Shown: one piece after another, positions 18,923 through 28,632 of the stretch | Layout of the letters: each line of letters opens with the position of its first letter | Position numbering within the stretch: the first letter of the stretch is position 1 | Assembly (NCBI GenBank): GCA_027593235.1 | Contig: JAQCIU010000028.1 | Location: forward strand, 1-41,385 | Direction: 5' to 3' | Source of the DNA: Chloroflexota bacterium | GTDB lineage: Bacteria > Chloroflexota > Dehalococcoidia > UBA2979 | Length of the DNA stretch: 41,385 bases | Program-made: the position numbers and the translations under genes | The notes under the pieces: model-generated | Seen by the model: the letters and a program-made list of their open reading frames with translations, nothing else | Database searches by the model: none | Told to the model about the DNA's origin: nothing

Positions 18923-21900
18923 CTAAGCACGCGAGCGCGGCTTGTTCGCCGTCTTCCGCGGCTTCGCCTTCGGCTTTCCCACCGGCGTCGTTGCCGGCTT
19001 CGCTGCCCCCACGGTCGCCTTCGCGCTCGTCTTCCGCTCCGCCGCGGCTTCAACCGCCGACTTCGGCTTCGCCTTCCCACGCGTCTTCGGCTTCGCGCCG
19101 TTCGCCTCCGCGCTCGCACCGTTGCTGGAAGCCTTGGTCTTCGCCCGACGCTTGGGCGGCGCGACCGGCACGTGCGGGTGCGCGGCAAGCGCCACGCGCA
19201 GGAACGGGGCCGTCAGCGACTCCTCGTTCAACGCAATCTGCTCGGGAGTCCCTTCGGCCACAATCCGTCCGCCGCGGTGTCCGCCGTGCGGCCCCAGATC
19301 GATCACCCAGTCCGCGTTCTTGATCACGTCCAGGTGGTGTTCGATCACCACCACCGTGTTTCCGCCATCCACCAGCCGCTGCAACACCACCAGCAGGTGT
19401 TCCGTGTCGAAGAACGACAACCCCGTCGTCGGCTCGTCCAGGATGTAGACCGTGCGGCCGGTCGCGCGCTTTGACAGCTCCGTCGCCAGCTTGATCCGCT
19501 GCGCCTCGCCGCCCGACAGCGTCGTCGCCGGCTGACCGAGCCGGATGTAACCCAGCCCCACGTCCGCCAGCGTCTCCAGCTTCCGGCGAGGACTGGGGAA
19601 CGCCTCGAAGAAGTCCAGCGCCTCCGTCACCGTCATGCTCAATACGTCCGCGATCGTCTTCCCGCGGAACTGGATCTCCAGCGCTTCGCGGTTGTAGCGC
19701 GAACCGTGGCAGACCTCGCACGGCACCGTCACGTCCGGCAGGAACTGCATCTCGATCAGGATGTAGCCGTCGCCCTTGCACTCCTCGCAACGGCCGCCCT
19801 TCACGTTGAAAGAGAAGCGCCCCGCCTTGTACCCGCGCGCCCGTGCCTCCGGCACCTGCGAGAACAGCTCGCGGATCTGCGTGAACAGCCCCGTGTACGT
19901 CGCCGGATTGCTCCGTGGCGTCCGCCCGATCGGCGACTGATCGATCACCACCACCTTGTCGAGGTGTTCGACCCCCTCGATCGAGTCGTGCTTCCCACCC
20001 CGCTCGCGCGCCCCGTTGAGGTCATGCGCCAGCTGCCGCGACAGGATCTGGTTGACCAGCGTCGACTTGCCGGACCCGGACACCCCCGTCACCGCGATGA
20101 ACGTTCCCAGCGGGAATCGAACATTCAGCTTGTGCAGGTTGTTCTCGTCCGCGCCCTTCACCACCAGGTCTTCGCCGTTGCCTGCGCGCCGCGCCGCCGG
20201 CATCGGGATCAGGCTGCGACCGGACAGGTACCCGCCGGTCACCGAATCCGGGTGCGCCGCCACCTCGTCCGGCGTCCCCACCGCCACCACGTTGCCGCCG
20301 TGCTCGCCCGCGCCGGGACCGATGTCGATCAGGTGATCAGCGGCCCGCATCATCGCCTCGTCGTGCTCGACCACCAGGACGGTGTTGCCCAGGTCGCGCA
20401 GCCGCGTCAGCGTCCCGATCAGCCGCTCATTGTCCACCGGGTGCAAACCGACCGAGGGCTCGTCGCAGACGTACAACACGCCCATCAGCGCCGAACCGAT
20501 CTGCGTTGCCAGTCGGATCCGCTGCCCCTCGCCACCCGACAGCGTCGCCGCCGATCGATCCAACGTCAGGTAATCCAGACCCACGTCGCGCAGGAACGTC
20601 AGCCGTCCGTCAATCTCCTGCAGGATCTGCCGTGCGATCTGCCGCTCGCGGTCGTTCAACGGTGTCTCGTCGGAGCGCAGCTGCGCCATCCACGCCAGCG
20701 CGTCACCCACCGAATCCCGTGTCACATCGACGATCGAACGGTCGTTCACCGTCACCGCCAGCGAATCCGGCTTCAGCCGCGCACCCCCACACGAGGGGCA
20801 CGGCACCTCCACCATGTAACGCTCCACATCGGAGCGGACCCAGTCCGAATCCGTCTCCAGGTGGCGCCGTTTCAGATTGGCTAGCACGCCTTCCCATGAA
20901 ATCTCGTACTCGTGGTCGCGCCCGCCGCGGGAGCGGAACTTCACCGCCATCTTCTGCTCGCCGGTCCCGTGCAACAGCGCACCAAGCTGCTCCGGCGTGA
21001 ACTCCTCGATCGGCTGATCCAGCCCGAAGCCATACGACGAGGCCAGCGCGCCCAGCCGCCGTCGATACCAGCTCAGCGTCGTGCTCATCCGCTGGTACGG
21101 CGCGATCGCACCCTGGTCGATCGTCAACCGCCGGTTCGGGATCACCAACTCCTCGTCCAGTTCCATCTGGAACCCGAGGCCGGTGCACGTCGCACACGCC
21201 CCGTGCGGCGTGTTGAAGGAGAAGTTCCGAGGTTCAATTTCACCCACCGAGTACGGCGGATGCTCGCTGTTCGAGCAGGCAAAGTGCTCGGAAAACGTCT
21301 GCTCGACCGCGACGTTCCCGTCCTCGCCCAGCACCCCGAAGATCATGATCCCGTCGCCCAGCCGCAGCGCCTGCTCCACCGAATCGGAGATCCGCTGGCG
21401 CGTCGCCTCAATGTCCTCGGCCCCGCGAACCGGAATGATCACCCGGTCGATCACCGCGTCAATGTCGTGCCACTTGTTCTTCTCGAGCTTGATGTCGTCA
21501 TCGACGTTGACCACTTCGCCGTCGACCCGCAGCCGGATGTATCCCGCCCGCTTCACATCCGCGATCACCTGCAGGTGCTCGCCGCGGCGGTGGCGGATCA
21601 GCGGCGACATCACCATCGCGCGCGTGTTCGCTGGCTCCGCCAGCACCGCATCCACGATCTGCTGCACCGTCTGGCGCCTGATCACCCGCCCGCAGATCGG
21701 GCAGTGCGGCGTCCCCGCGCGCGCGAACAGCAGCCGCAGGTAGTCGTAAATCTCCGTCACCGTCGCCACCGTCGACCGAGGATTCTTCGACACCCCCTTC
21801 TGATCGATCGAGATCGCCGGCGACAACCCCTCGATGTAGTCGACGTCCGGCTTCTCCATCAGCCCCAGGAACTGACGGGCATAGGCGGACAGTGACTCGA

Positions 21901-22066
21901 CATAACGTCTCTGCCCCTCGGCATAGATCGTGTCGAAGGCTAACGAAGACTTGCCGGATCCCGAAACCCCCGTGATCACCACCAGCCGATCCCGTGGGAT
22001 CTCCACCGTGATGTTTTTGAGGTTGTGCTCGCGCGCGCCGGTCACAACGATGCGATCAAGGGGCAA
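18923..22066 (-). CDS. uvrA: Excinuclease ABC subunit A
   Basis: [10 protein letters not shown], two GVSGSGKS Walker A motifs, LSGGE signatures and Zn fingers; Lys/Ala-rich C-terminal tail. Confidence 0.97.
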   Translation of the reverse strand: MPLDRIVVTGAREHNLKNITVEIPRDRLVVITGVSGSGKSSLAFDTIYAEGQRRYVESLSAYARQFLGLMEKPDVDYIEGLSPAISIDQKGVSKNPRSTVATVTEIYDYLRLLFARAGTPHCPICGRVIRRQTVQQIVDAVLAEPANTRAMVMSPLIRHRRGEHLQVIADVKRAGYIRLRVDGEVVNVDDDIKLEKNKWHDIDAVIDRVIIPVRGAEDIEATRQRISDSVEQALRLGDGIMIFGVLGEDGNVAVEQTFSEHFACSNSEHPPYSVGEIEPRNFSFNTPHGACATCTGLGFQMELDEELVIPNRRLTIDQGAIAPYQRMSTTLSWYRRRLGALASSYGFGLDQPIEEFTPEQLGALLHGTGEQKMAVKFRSRGGRDHEYEISWEGVLANLKRRHLETDSDWVRSDVERYMVEVPCPSCGGARLKPDSLAVTVNDRSIVDVTRDSVGDALAWMAQLRSDETPLNDRERQIARQILQEIDGRLTFLRDVGLDYLTLDRSAATLSGGEGQRIRLATQIGSALMGVLYVCDEPSVGLHPVDNERLIGTLTRLRDLGNTVLVVEHDEAMMRAADHLIDIGPGAGEHGGNVVAVGTPDEVAAHPDSVTGGYLSGRSLIPMPAARRAGNGEDLVVKGADENNLHKLNVRFPLGTFIAVTGVSGSGKSTLVNQILSRQLAHDLNGARERGGKHDSIEGVEHLDKVVVIDQSPIGRTPRSNPATYTGLFTQIRELFSQVPEARARGYKAGRFSFNVKGGRCEECKGDGYILIEMQFLPDVTVPCEVCHGSRYNREALEIQFRGKTIADVLSMTVTEALDFFEAFPSPRRKLETLADVGLGYIRLGQPATTLSGGEAQRIKLATELSKRATGRTVYILDEPTTGLSFFDTEHLLVVLQRLVDGGNTVVVIEHHLDVIKNADWVIDLGPHGGHRGGRIVAEGTPEQIALNEESLTAPFLRVALAAHPHVPVAPPKRRAKTKASSNGASAEANGAKPKTRGKAKPKSAVEAAAERKTSAKATVGAAKPATTPVGKPKAKPRKTANKPRSRA

Positions 22067-22147
22067 TCGGGACCTCGCAGACGGCGAATCGAAACGGGCG
22101 AATCGCGGGCGAGCCTGGGGAGGACGTCACGACCCGGCGCCCCGAGT

Positions 22148-22161
22148 CGAATGTACGTTCT
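22148..22161 (-). promoter_or_regulatory. LexA (SOS) box, Gram-positive/Chloroflexota type, overlapping the uvrA -10
   Basis: Minus strand AGAAC-GTAC-ATTCG, one mismatch to GAAC-N4-GTTC; contains TACATT; about 80 bp upstream of uvrA. Confidence 0.75.
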
Positions 22162-22234
22162 AGCGCCGCCGCCTCATCCTATCGCCGACGCTGCGGCGTC
22201 TCAACCGAGGCACGCCGCCCATTTGCAGCGGTGC

Positions 22235-22678
22235 CTACAGACGGTCGTCCAGCGGGCGATCGTCGAACGGCGGCTCCTCCGCCGGCTCGTCGTCCGCGTC
22301 CGCTGCGCCGAACAGCGCGTCCAACGCCGAGGGGTCGCCGCCGATCTGCTCCAGCTGCGCACGCAGTTGCGCCTGCGCTTCGCGCAGCTGCTCCTCGCCG
22401 ATGCCCATCGAGCCCAGCGTCGTCCGGATCAGCTGCTGCACCTCCGCGGCGTCGCCGCGGATCAGTGCGTCGGCCAACTCCAGTTGCGTCTCGATCGCCT
22501 TGAAACGCTCCCGACGCTCGTGGTCGTTCGGCGTCGTCAGGATCGTCGCCATCAACCGCGTGAACAGGTTCGAGGTCCGCGCGATCCGCACCCGATCGTC
22601 CGGATCCGGCGGAAACTCGCCGGTCACCGTGACCTCCAGGCCGCTCGGCGCGTCCGTCGCGTGGTACTGCTGCGGCAT
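22235..22678 (-). CDS. Hypothetical protein, 147 aa, helical with acidic tail
   Basis: MPQQYHATDAPSGLEV...; TACCAT -10 about 40 nt upstream; good codon bias. Confidence 0.75.
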   Translation of the reverse strand: MPQQYHATDAPSGLEVTVTGEFPPDPDDRVRIARTSNLFTRLMATILTTPNDHERRERFKAIETQLELADALIRGDAAEVQQLIRTTLGSMGIGEEQLREAQAQLRAQLEQIGGDPSALDALFGAADADDEPAEEPPFDDRPLDDRL

Positions 22679-22941
22679 CCCGAGCCCCTGCCTCAACCGG
22701 TGCGGTCGTCCCCTCAATGGTAGCTGACGGCGCTCGCTGGTCCGCTCCGTCACCGGGCGCTTGGGCCGTCTGAGGGGGCAGTTTCGCCCGATCCAGCGTT
22801 CTTGCATCTGGCTGACGAATGACCCTGACGGTGCCCGTTGTCGGGGAGAACCCCGTGCCGCTCTCCCCTCCGAAATCCGAATCCTTGGACAGGTCAACGA
22901 CGCGCAAAGCGCTCACGACATGAAGAGGGATGGGGCACGCG

Positions 22942-23217
22942 ATGGCGGATCAGGGCGATCGCGTTCGGCAGCTCGTGGTTTTCGAGCTGGCGAATGAGGT
23001 CTACGGCATCAACATTGGCGCCGTGCGCGAAATCATTCGCACGCAGACGGTCACCTACGTTCCGGACGCGCCCGACTTTGTCGAAGGCGTCATCAACCTC
23101 CGCGGCCGGGTCATCCCCGTCGTCGATCTCTGCAAGCGCTTCGGCCTGCCGGTGACCGAAACCACCAACGACAGCCGCGTCCTCGTCGTCGACCGCTCGA
23201 TCCAGCGCTCTCAATGA
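22942..23217 (+). pseudogene. cheW: Truncated chemotaxis adaptor CheW
   Basis: QLVVFELANEVYGI...VPDAPDFVEGVINLRGRVIPVVDL...SRVLVVD then an early stop; 91 aa versus about 150 aa typical. Confidence 0.8.
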
Positions 23218-23585
23218 CCGGGAAGATCGATCTCGCGGCGTCCGCACAGGTCGGCTGGTTGCCGCAAGACGACCGCGAACTGCTCCCGGACGACCACCTA
23301 CACAGATTCCTCTTTGCCCACGACGCCGCTCGCGCGCCCGTCGCAAGCCTCAGCCCCGGCGAACTGCGCCGCCTCGCGCTCGCTCGCCTCGTGCTCGCCG
23401 GCGCCAACCTGCTGCTGCTCGACGAACCGACCAACCACCTCGATCTGCCGACCCGCGAGGCATACGAGGCCTCACTTGCTACCTTCGAGGGGGCGACGCC
23501 GATCGTCACCCACGACCGATACTTTATTGAGCACTTCGCGGATCGGCTGTTGCGTATCGACGCCCAGCAGGTGCTGGAGGTGTGA
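23214..23585 (+). pseudogene. C-terminal fragment of an ABC-F family ATPase
   Basis: LSPGE signature, LLLLDEPTNHLD and VTHDRYF present; Walker A and the first ABC domain absent. Confidence 0.75.
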
Positions 23586-23615
23586 ACTGGTCCCTGCCTG
23601 CGGGCAAACCACCGG

Positions 23616-23644
23616 TTTACGACCGTGATGCGGCCCGCTATGAT
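23616..23644 (+). promoter_or_regulatory. Sigma70-type promoter for the diiron protein gene
   Basis: TTTACG-17 bp-TATGAT. Confidence 0.6.
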
Positions 23645-23726
23645 GTGGCGTAACGCGCGTGGGGATCGGCCTTGGGGTGCACGGGCACCGTCCAATGCCG
23701 GCCTGGCTGGCGACAGAGGAGTTCCG

Positions 23727-24866
23727 ATGGCGATCGAAGTTCGACCGGAGACCGGTCAGGAGACTGCTGAGGCATCGGCATTCGAGCAGTTGCTCGAGTA
23801 CGGCAAGGACCGCGGCTACAAGCTCGACTGGCTGCAGCCCCGCGAAACCCTCGGAGCCACGCTCGCTCACTCTGCTGAAGAGGGCGGCTTGCTGCTCCAG
23901 AACGTGGACCAGGGCCCCTTCGGCCAGGTCCCGGATTACAGCGACAACATGAGCGGTCGCCCGCGTGGCGCCGTCCAGCGCCCCAGCGCACCGCGCGTCG
24001 GCAACTACCCCGTCCGCACCAAGTCGGACGTCTGGCTGCGCAACGGCGCCCAGCTCTACGAGGAGGCCGTGCAGCGCCAGTGGTCCTCCGCCACCGACGT
24101 GCCGTGGGAAACCCTCGAGGAGCTCCCCGACGCCATCGAGCGCGCGGAGTGCCAGCTCGCCACCTTCCTCACCGAAGTTGAGTTCGTCGCCGGCGACGTC
24201 CCGGGCAAGTGGATCGCCTACACCACGCCGGACTACTACGAGCCGCGCATGTACCTGATCTCCCAGATCATGGACGAAGCGCGTCACATGGACGTCTTCC
24301 GCAAGCGCGCCCTCGCCAACGGTGGCGGCCTCATGGCCCAGCTCAACCGTGTCGGTGCCGCCGGCGGTGTCATCGACTCCGCCCGTGACTTCACCGAGAT
24401 GTCGGCTCGCCTGCACATCTCCGGCGAGGGCTCCGTGCTCTCACTGTTCCGGATGGGCGAGCTGATGAGCTACAACGAGGCCGAGAAGGCGATGTACCGC
24501 CTGGCCGCCTCGGACGAGTCGCGCCACGTCGCCTTCGGCGTGATGCACCTCCAGTACCTGTCGCAGACGGACCCGGACCGCAAGGCCGAGATTCACGGCT
24601 ACCTCGACGAGATCGAGATGGGCCTCACGGCTGCAGCCGATCCGCAGAACCCGGCCGTCCGCGGTACCGACTCCAACACCTCGATCGCCATCCTCATGGG
24701 TGGTGGTGCCGACGAGAAGTCGCTCGAGGATGGCCAGCAGATGCTCCTCGCGGTGCGCCAGCGCCAGATCAAGGAATACATGCAGCGCGTCCGCGTCGCC
24801 GGCTTCGGCGACCGTTTCGAGGACGGCCGTGCGAACCCGGTTCTGGAGCAGTACGTCCGCGCATAG
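23727..24866 (+). CDS. Ferritin-like diiron-carboxylate protein (oxygenase/oxidase-like)
   Basis: TEVE...DEARH and GEG...DESRH, i.e. two E...ExxH sets; AGAGGAG RBS. Confidence 0.8.
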   Translation: MAIEVRPETGQETAEASAFEQLLEYGKDRGYKLDWLQPRETLGATLAHSAEEGGLLLQNVDQGPFGQVPDYSDNMSGRPRGAVQRPSAPRVGNYPVRTKSDVWLRNGAQLYEEAVQRQWSSATDVPWETLEELPDAIERAECQLATFLTEVEFVAGDVPGKWIAYTTPDYYEPRMYLISQIMDEARHMDVFRKRALANGGGLMAQLNRVGAAGGVIDSARDFTEMSARLHISGEGSVLSLFRMGELMSYNEAEKAMYRLAASDESRHVAFGVMHLQYLSQTDPDRKAEIHGYLDEIEMGLTAAADPQNPAVRGTDSNTSIAILMGGGADEKSLEDGQQMLLAVRQRQIKEYMQRVRVAGFGDRFEDGRANPVLEQYVRA

Positions 24867-24888
24867 CCACTAGCTTTGGCTGAACAAC

Positions 24889-24920
24889 ACAACGCCCGCG
24901 GCACCCGCCGCGGGCGTTGT
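24889..24920 (+). terminator. Intrinsic terminator, possibly bidirectional
   Basis: ACAACGCCCGCGGC-accc-GCCGCGGGCGTTGT. Confidence 0.75.
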
Positions 24921-24963
24921 TGATCCCGGCGCACCCGGCTCCGGACGCCCGAGGCGTCTGGCC

Positions 24964-25046
24964 CTACTGCTCCCCCGCAAGGAACTGACCCACCGGTGAG
25001 CTACTGCTCCCCCGCAAGGAACTGACCCACCGGTGAGCTACTGCTC
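24964..25046. repeat. 37-bp perfect tandem repeat, two copies plus a partial third formed by the gene end
   Basis: CTACTGCTCCCCCGCAAGGAACTGACCCACCGGTGAG at 24964-25000 and 25001-25037, then CTACTGCTC at 25038. Confidence 0.95.
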
Positions 25047-25979
25047 ACCGGATAAGAAGCGTTGAGGCACCGTCCGCATCATCGTGTCCACCTGCTGCTG
25101 CGTGACGCCGCTCGCGAGCAGCGCGGGGATCGCCGTCGTCGACACGAACAGGTAGCGCGTTCGCTCGCCCGAGGGCGCCGTGGCACCGACCCGCACCGGC
25201 CGCGGCGCGTAGTCGTGGCCAAGCATCAGTCGCTCGACCCAGCCGCGCTCGATCAGCGCCTGCACCGTCGCGTTCCGCGTCTCCCACGGCAATGAGCTGC
25301 TCGCCGATCCCGGGTAGCGGTCCAGCGACAGGTACACCCCCGCGTTGAGCAGGTCCTCGAGGTAGTCCACGTCCGGCGTGTCGGCGCTGTGCCCGATGCA
25401 CACCTGGTGCGGCGGCACCCCCTCTTCGAGGAACACCGCGAGCTGCTGCCGTCCGACCTCCTCCAGCGCCCAGTGGTGCGTGCTGATCGGGCAGCCCGTC
25501 CGGATCGAGGCGCGCGCGGCACCTCGCAGGATCAGCTCCGCCTCCGGCGTCACGCCGCCCATGTCGTTCGCGACCTTGATCGCGCCCGCTTTGATCGAGG
25601 TGTCGTCGATCCCAACCTCGATCTCCCGCACGAAGATGTCCGCGATCTCGTCCGGCGTCCGCGTCCAGAACGACCGAGGCACGTCGCGCCAGATCCCCGT
25701 CGCCACCACGATGTGGACGCCCGTTGCCTTCGCGATCGACTCGACGAAGCGAACATCGCGTCCGAGGTCCGGCGTCGTCAGGTCGATGATTGCGTCGACG
25801 CCGCCCGCCTTCGCCTCGGACAGTTCGCGCGTGAGCACCTCGCGGGTCGCGTCCATGTCGAACATCCATGGGTAGTGCCGGAGATCCTCGCCTGCGTTGA
25901 CCAGCACGTGCTCGTGGCTCAGCGTGAAGCCCAGCTCGGAGGCGTCGATCGGCCCCAATACGGTCTCGATGGTCGCCAT
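25038..25979 (-). CDS. Phosphotriesterase-like amidohydrolase/lactonase (PTE/PHP family)
   Basis: ETVLGPI, TLSHEH, DLTTPDLGRD, GAIKVA, STHH, IGHS and LGHD motifs. Confidence 0.92.
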   Translation of the reverse strand: MATIETVLGPIDASELGFTLSHEHVLVNAGEDLRHYPWMFDMDATREVLTRELSEAKAGGVDAIIDLTTPDLGRDVRFVESIAKATGVHIVVATGIWRDVPRSFWTRTPDEIADIFVREIEVGIDDTSIKAGAIKVANDMGGVTPEAELILRGAARASIRTGCPISTHHWALEEVGRQQLAVFLEEGVPPHQVCIGHSADTPDVDYLEDLLNAGVYLSLDRYPGSASSSLPWETRNATVQALIERGWVERLMLGHDYAPRPVRVGATAPSGERTRYLFVSTTAIPALLASGVTQQQVDTMMRTVPQRFLSGEQ

Positions 25980-26141
25980 CGTTGCCTCCCTTGTCTGTCG
26001 CGGTATGTCGCGTTTCGGCGCACAGACTAGCGGACGGCGGACATCGGTTGCGGCGCGGGCGTCGCCAACCTCGGAAGCTAGCTATCATCGCGTCCGGCGG
26101 CCCCACCAGCCGGGTCGCCCACAGGTCGCAGGGGGGAACGA

Positions 26142-27218
26142 ATGGCCAGCGCTCGATACACGGTGGCAGTGCAGAAGCCGCAGGAAACCATGCAGGCGGG
26201 CGGATCGTCGTTCAACCTCGCGGTCTCCGACTACAGCTATGAGAACGAGGCGCTGACCCCGATCGGCGCCGAAATCGTCGAGCTGCCCGCCACCACCGAC
26301 GCCGAGTTCATCGAGATGGCGAAGGACGCCGACGCGATCATCGCCCGCGGGCGAATGATCAACGCGGACATCATCGCCGGGCTCCCGAAGTGCAAGGTCA
26401 TCGGCTGCGGCAGCGTCGGTACCGATCGCGTCGACGTCGAAGCCGCCACGCGCCACGGCATCCCGGTCACCAACGTTCCCGACGTCTTCATCGAGGAGGT
26501 CGCCGACCACACGATGGCGCTCCTCCTCGGCGCGCATCGACACCTCTACGAAATGCGTGCTTGGATCCGCGCCGGCCGCTGGTCCGAAGGCCACCCGCAC
26601 ATGCGCAACTTCCCGCGTCTCTACGGCCAGACCCTCGGCCTGATCGCCTTCGGCAACGTCGGCCGCGCCGTCGCCCGCCGCGCGCAGCCCTTCGGCCTCC
26701 ACGTCATCGCCCATGACCCCTACGTCTCCGAGACCGAGATGACCAGCGTCGGGGTGGAGCCCGTCGGGTTCATGGAACTGCTCCAGCGCTCCGACTTCGT
26801 CTCCAACCACGGCCCGCTGAATGCCGAGACCCATCACCTGATGGGCGCGGAGCAGTTCAAGGCGATGAAGCCCAGCGCCATGTTCATCAACGCCGGCCGC
26901 GGACCGAGCCAGGACGAAGCCGCCCTCATCGAAGCGCTCGAAACCGGCGAGATCGCCGGCGCCGGCCTCGATGTCTTCGAGGTCGAGCCGGGCGATCCCG
27001 AGAACCCGCTCTTCCAGATGGACAACGTCATCGTCACCCCGCACATCGCCTCCGCGACCTCGCGGATGATGCCGGAGACCCGTCGGCGCCTCGGTCAGGA
27101 GTTGGCCCTCGTGCTCCAGGGCAAGTGGCCGCGCAGCGCCGTTAACCCGCAGACGCTCCAGAACTCCAACCTCTACCGCTGGCAGCCGCAGCCAATGAGC
27201 CGCGGTCCCAACCACTAG
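26142..27218 (+). CDS. D-isomer-specific 2-hydroxyacid dehydrogenase (CtBP-like)
   Basis: TNVPD...EEVADH, AFGNVG, INAGRG, GLDVFEVEP and TPHIAS motifs. Confidence 0.9.
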   Translation: MASARYTVAVQKPQETMQAGGSSFNLAVSDYSYENEALTPIGAEIVELPATTDAEFIEMAKDADAIIARGRMINADIIAGLPKCKVIGCGSVGTDRVDVEAATRHGIPVTNVPDVFIEEVADHTMALLLGAHRHLYEMRAWIRAGRWSEGHPHMRNFPRLYGQTLGLIAFGNVGRAVARRAQPFGLHVIAHDPYVSETEMTSVGVEPVGFMELLQRSDFVSNHGPLNAETHHLMGAEQFKAMKPSAMFINAGRGPSQDEAALIEALETGEIAGAGLDVFEVEPGDPENPLFQMDNVIVTPHIASATSRMMPETRRRLGQELALVLQGKWPRSAVNPQTLQNSNLYRWQPQPMSRGPNH

Positions 27219-27246
27219 GACCCGACCACTAGGGCCGACCAGTAGG
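27207..27246. repeat. Degenerate 13-14 bp triple repeat spanning the dehydrogenase stop
   Basis: CCCAACCACTAGG / CCCGACCACTAGG / GCCGACCAGTAGG. Confidence 0.75.
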
Positions 27247-27278
27247 CGGTAAATCGAGGTGACCAGTAAGCTGGCGCG

Positions 27279-28472
27279 GTGACGATTTCGGAGCCGCCCG
27301 CTGATTCGCCGTCAGAGACCAGTGAGGCCCCGGTGCTCCGCGTGGGCTTTATCGGCCCGATCGGCGTCCGCGGTCCCTCATTCCGGCGCTACCTCGGCGA
27401 ACTGTCCGAGGCGCTGTCCCGCGACCCCCGGCTGCGCGTCCTCCACTTCCTCCGACCCGCCGAGGTCGCTCCTCGCGGCCATCGACAGCAGTTCCCTGGG
27501 CGCGCCATCCTCGGTCGCCTGCGGCTACGGATACGCCGTCGCTGGCGCCGTCGCGTGCCCTCCGAGGTTCGCAACTTTCAGGCGGACGTCTTCCACCTGA
27601 TCGCACCCGGCGACGCCTGGCTGATCCCCCATCTCCCACACCAGCGGGTCATCGTCACCGTCCATGACTTCCTTGCGTCGGCGGACTGGACCCCGGGCGT
27701 CGGACCGCCGCGCCTCAGCGACCGACACGTCAAAGGACTCCAGACGCTCGCCGCGGCGACGCACATCGTCTGCGTCAGCGAGCTGGCACGCAGCGAGGTC
27801 CTCTCGCTCCTCGATATCGACCCCGGCCGGGTGAGCGTGATCCACAACGGCCTGCACCCGCGCTTCCATCCGCTATCGCCGGACACGCTTGATGCGGCGC
27901 GCGCATTGCTCCAGCCGGCGCAATTCCGTCTGCTCCAGGTCGTCTCGACAGCCGGACCGCGAAAGAACACCGAAGCGATCCTCCAGGTGCTGAAGCGGCT
28001 GCGTGCCGAAGGCATGGACGTACGCCTGATTCGCCTCGGCTCGCTCCTGTCGCGCGAGCACGTGCAGTACGCCGAAGCGCTCGGCGTCCTCGATCAGATC
28101 GATGACCTCGGGCGTGTCGACGAGGACATGCTGATCGCGCTCTACAACGTCGCCGACGTGATGCTGTTCCCCAGTCGTCACGAAGGCTTCGGCTGGCCGC
28201 CGCTGGAGGCGATGGCCTGCGGCACACCGGTGGTCGCCTCCAACATCGAGGCCTGCGTCGAGGTCCTCGGCGATGCGGGATTCCTCGTCGGCCCCGACGA
28301 CATCGATGCCATGCTCGCGCACACCTGCACGCTGCTCACGGACCCCGCCGTGGCCGCTGATTACCGCGAGCGAGGACTGGCACGCGCCGCCGGATTCAGC
28401 TGGGACGCGGCTGCGGCCGCCTTCGCCGACCTCTATCGCGAAGTCGCGGAATCGCCCGCCGACGCCTCTTGA
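27279..28472 (+). CDS. Glycosyltransferase family 4 (GT-B)
   Basis: VTVHD, PRKN and FPSRHEGFGWPPLEAMACGTPVV motifs. Confidence 0.92.
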   Translation: MTISEPPADSPSETSEAPVLRVGFIGPIGVRGPSFRRYLGELSEALSRDPRLRVLHFLRPAEVAPRGHRQQFPGRAILGRLRLRIRRRWRRRVPSEVRNFQADVFHLIAPGDAWLIPHLPHQRVIVTVHDFLASADWTPGVGPPRLSDRHVKGLQTLAAATHIVCVSELARSEVLSLLDIDPGRVSVIHNGLHPRFHPLSPDTLDAARALLQPAQFRLLQVVSTAGPRKNTEAILQVLKRLRAEGMDVRLIRLGSLLSREHVQYAEALGVLDQIDDLGRVDEDMLIALYNVADVMLFPSRHEGFGWPPLEAMACGTPVVASNIEACVEVLGDAGFLVGPDDIDAMLAHTCTLLTDPAVAADYRERGLARAAGFSWDAAAAAFADLYREVAESPADAS

Positions 28473-28506
28473 TCCGTCTGCTGATATCGTGGTCCGGACG
28501 CTCCGA

Positions 28507-28581
28507 GCGGGAGTAGCTCAGGGGTAGAGCGCCTGCCTTCCAAGCAGGATGCCGTGGGTTCGAATCCCATCTCCCGCTCCA
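28507..28581 (+). tRNA. tRNA-Gly (anticodon TCC)
   Basis: GCGGGAG acceptor stem pairing with CTCCCGC-T-CCA; anticodon arm CCTGC-cttccaa-GCAGG; T loop GTTCGAATC. Confidence 0.97.
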
Positions 28582-28632
28582 ATCAGCGCTCCCCCTGCCG
28601 TGACACCATCCGGGGTTCTCGTCCGCACCCGC

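Noticed and set aside
22700-22915. Riboswitch (glycine, c-di-AMP or c-di-GMP) between the hypothetical gene and cheW
   Set aside because: Only isolated short matches (GGAGAG, CCGTCAGCTA, CGCAAAGC); order and stems do not fit any consensus; an Rfam scan would settle it
23600-23640. c-di-GMP-I riboswitch start GGCAAACC
   Set aside because: No GNRA-capped P2 or following GACGCAAAGC; the region is explained by a sigma70 promoter
24964-25046. CRISPR array (37-bp repeats)
   Set aside because: Units are contiguous with no spacers, and there are no cas genes in the window
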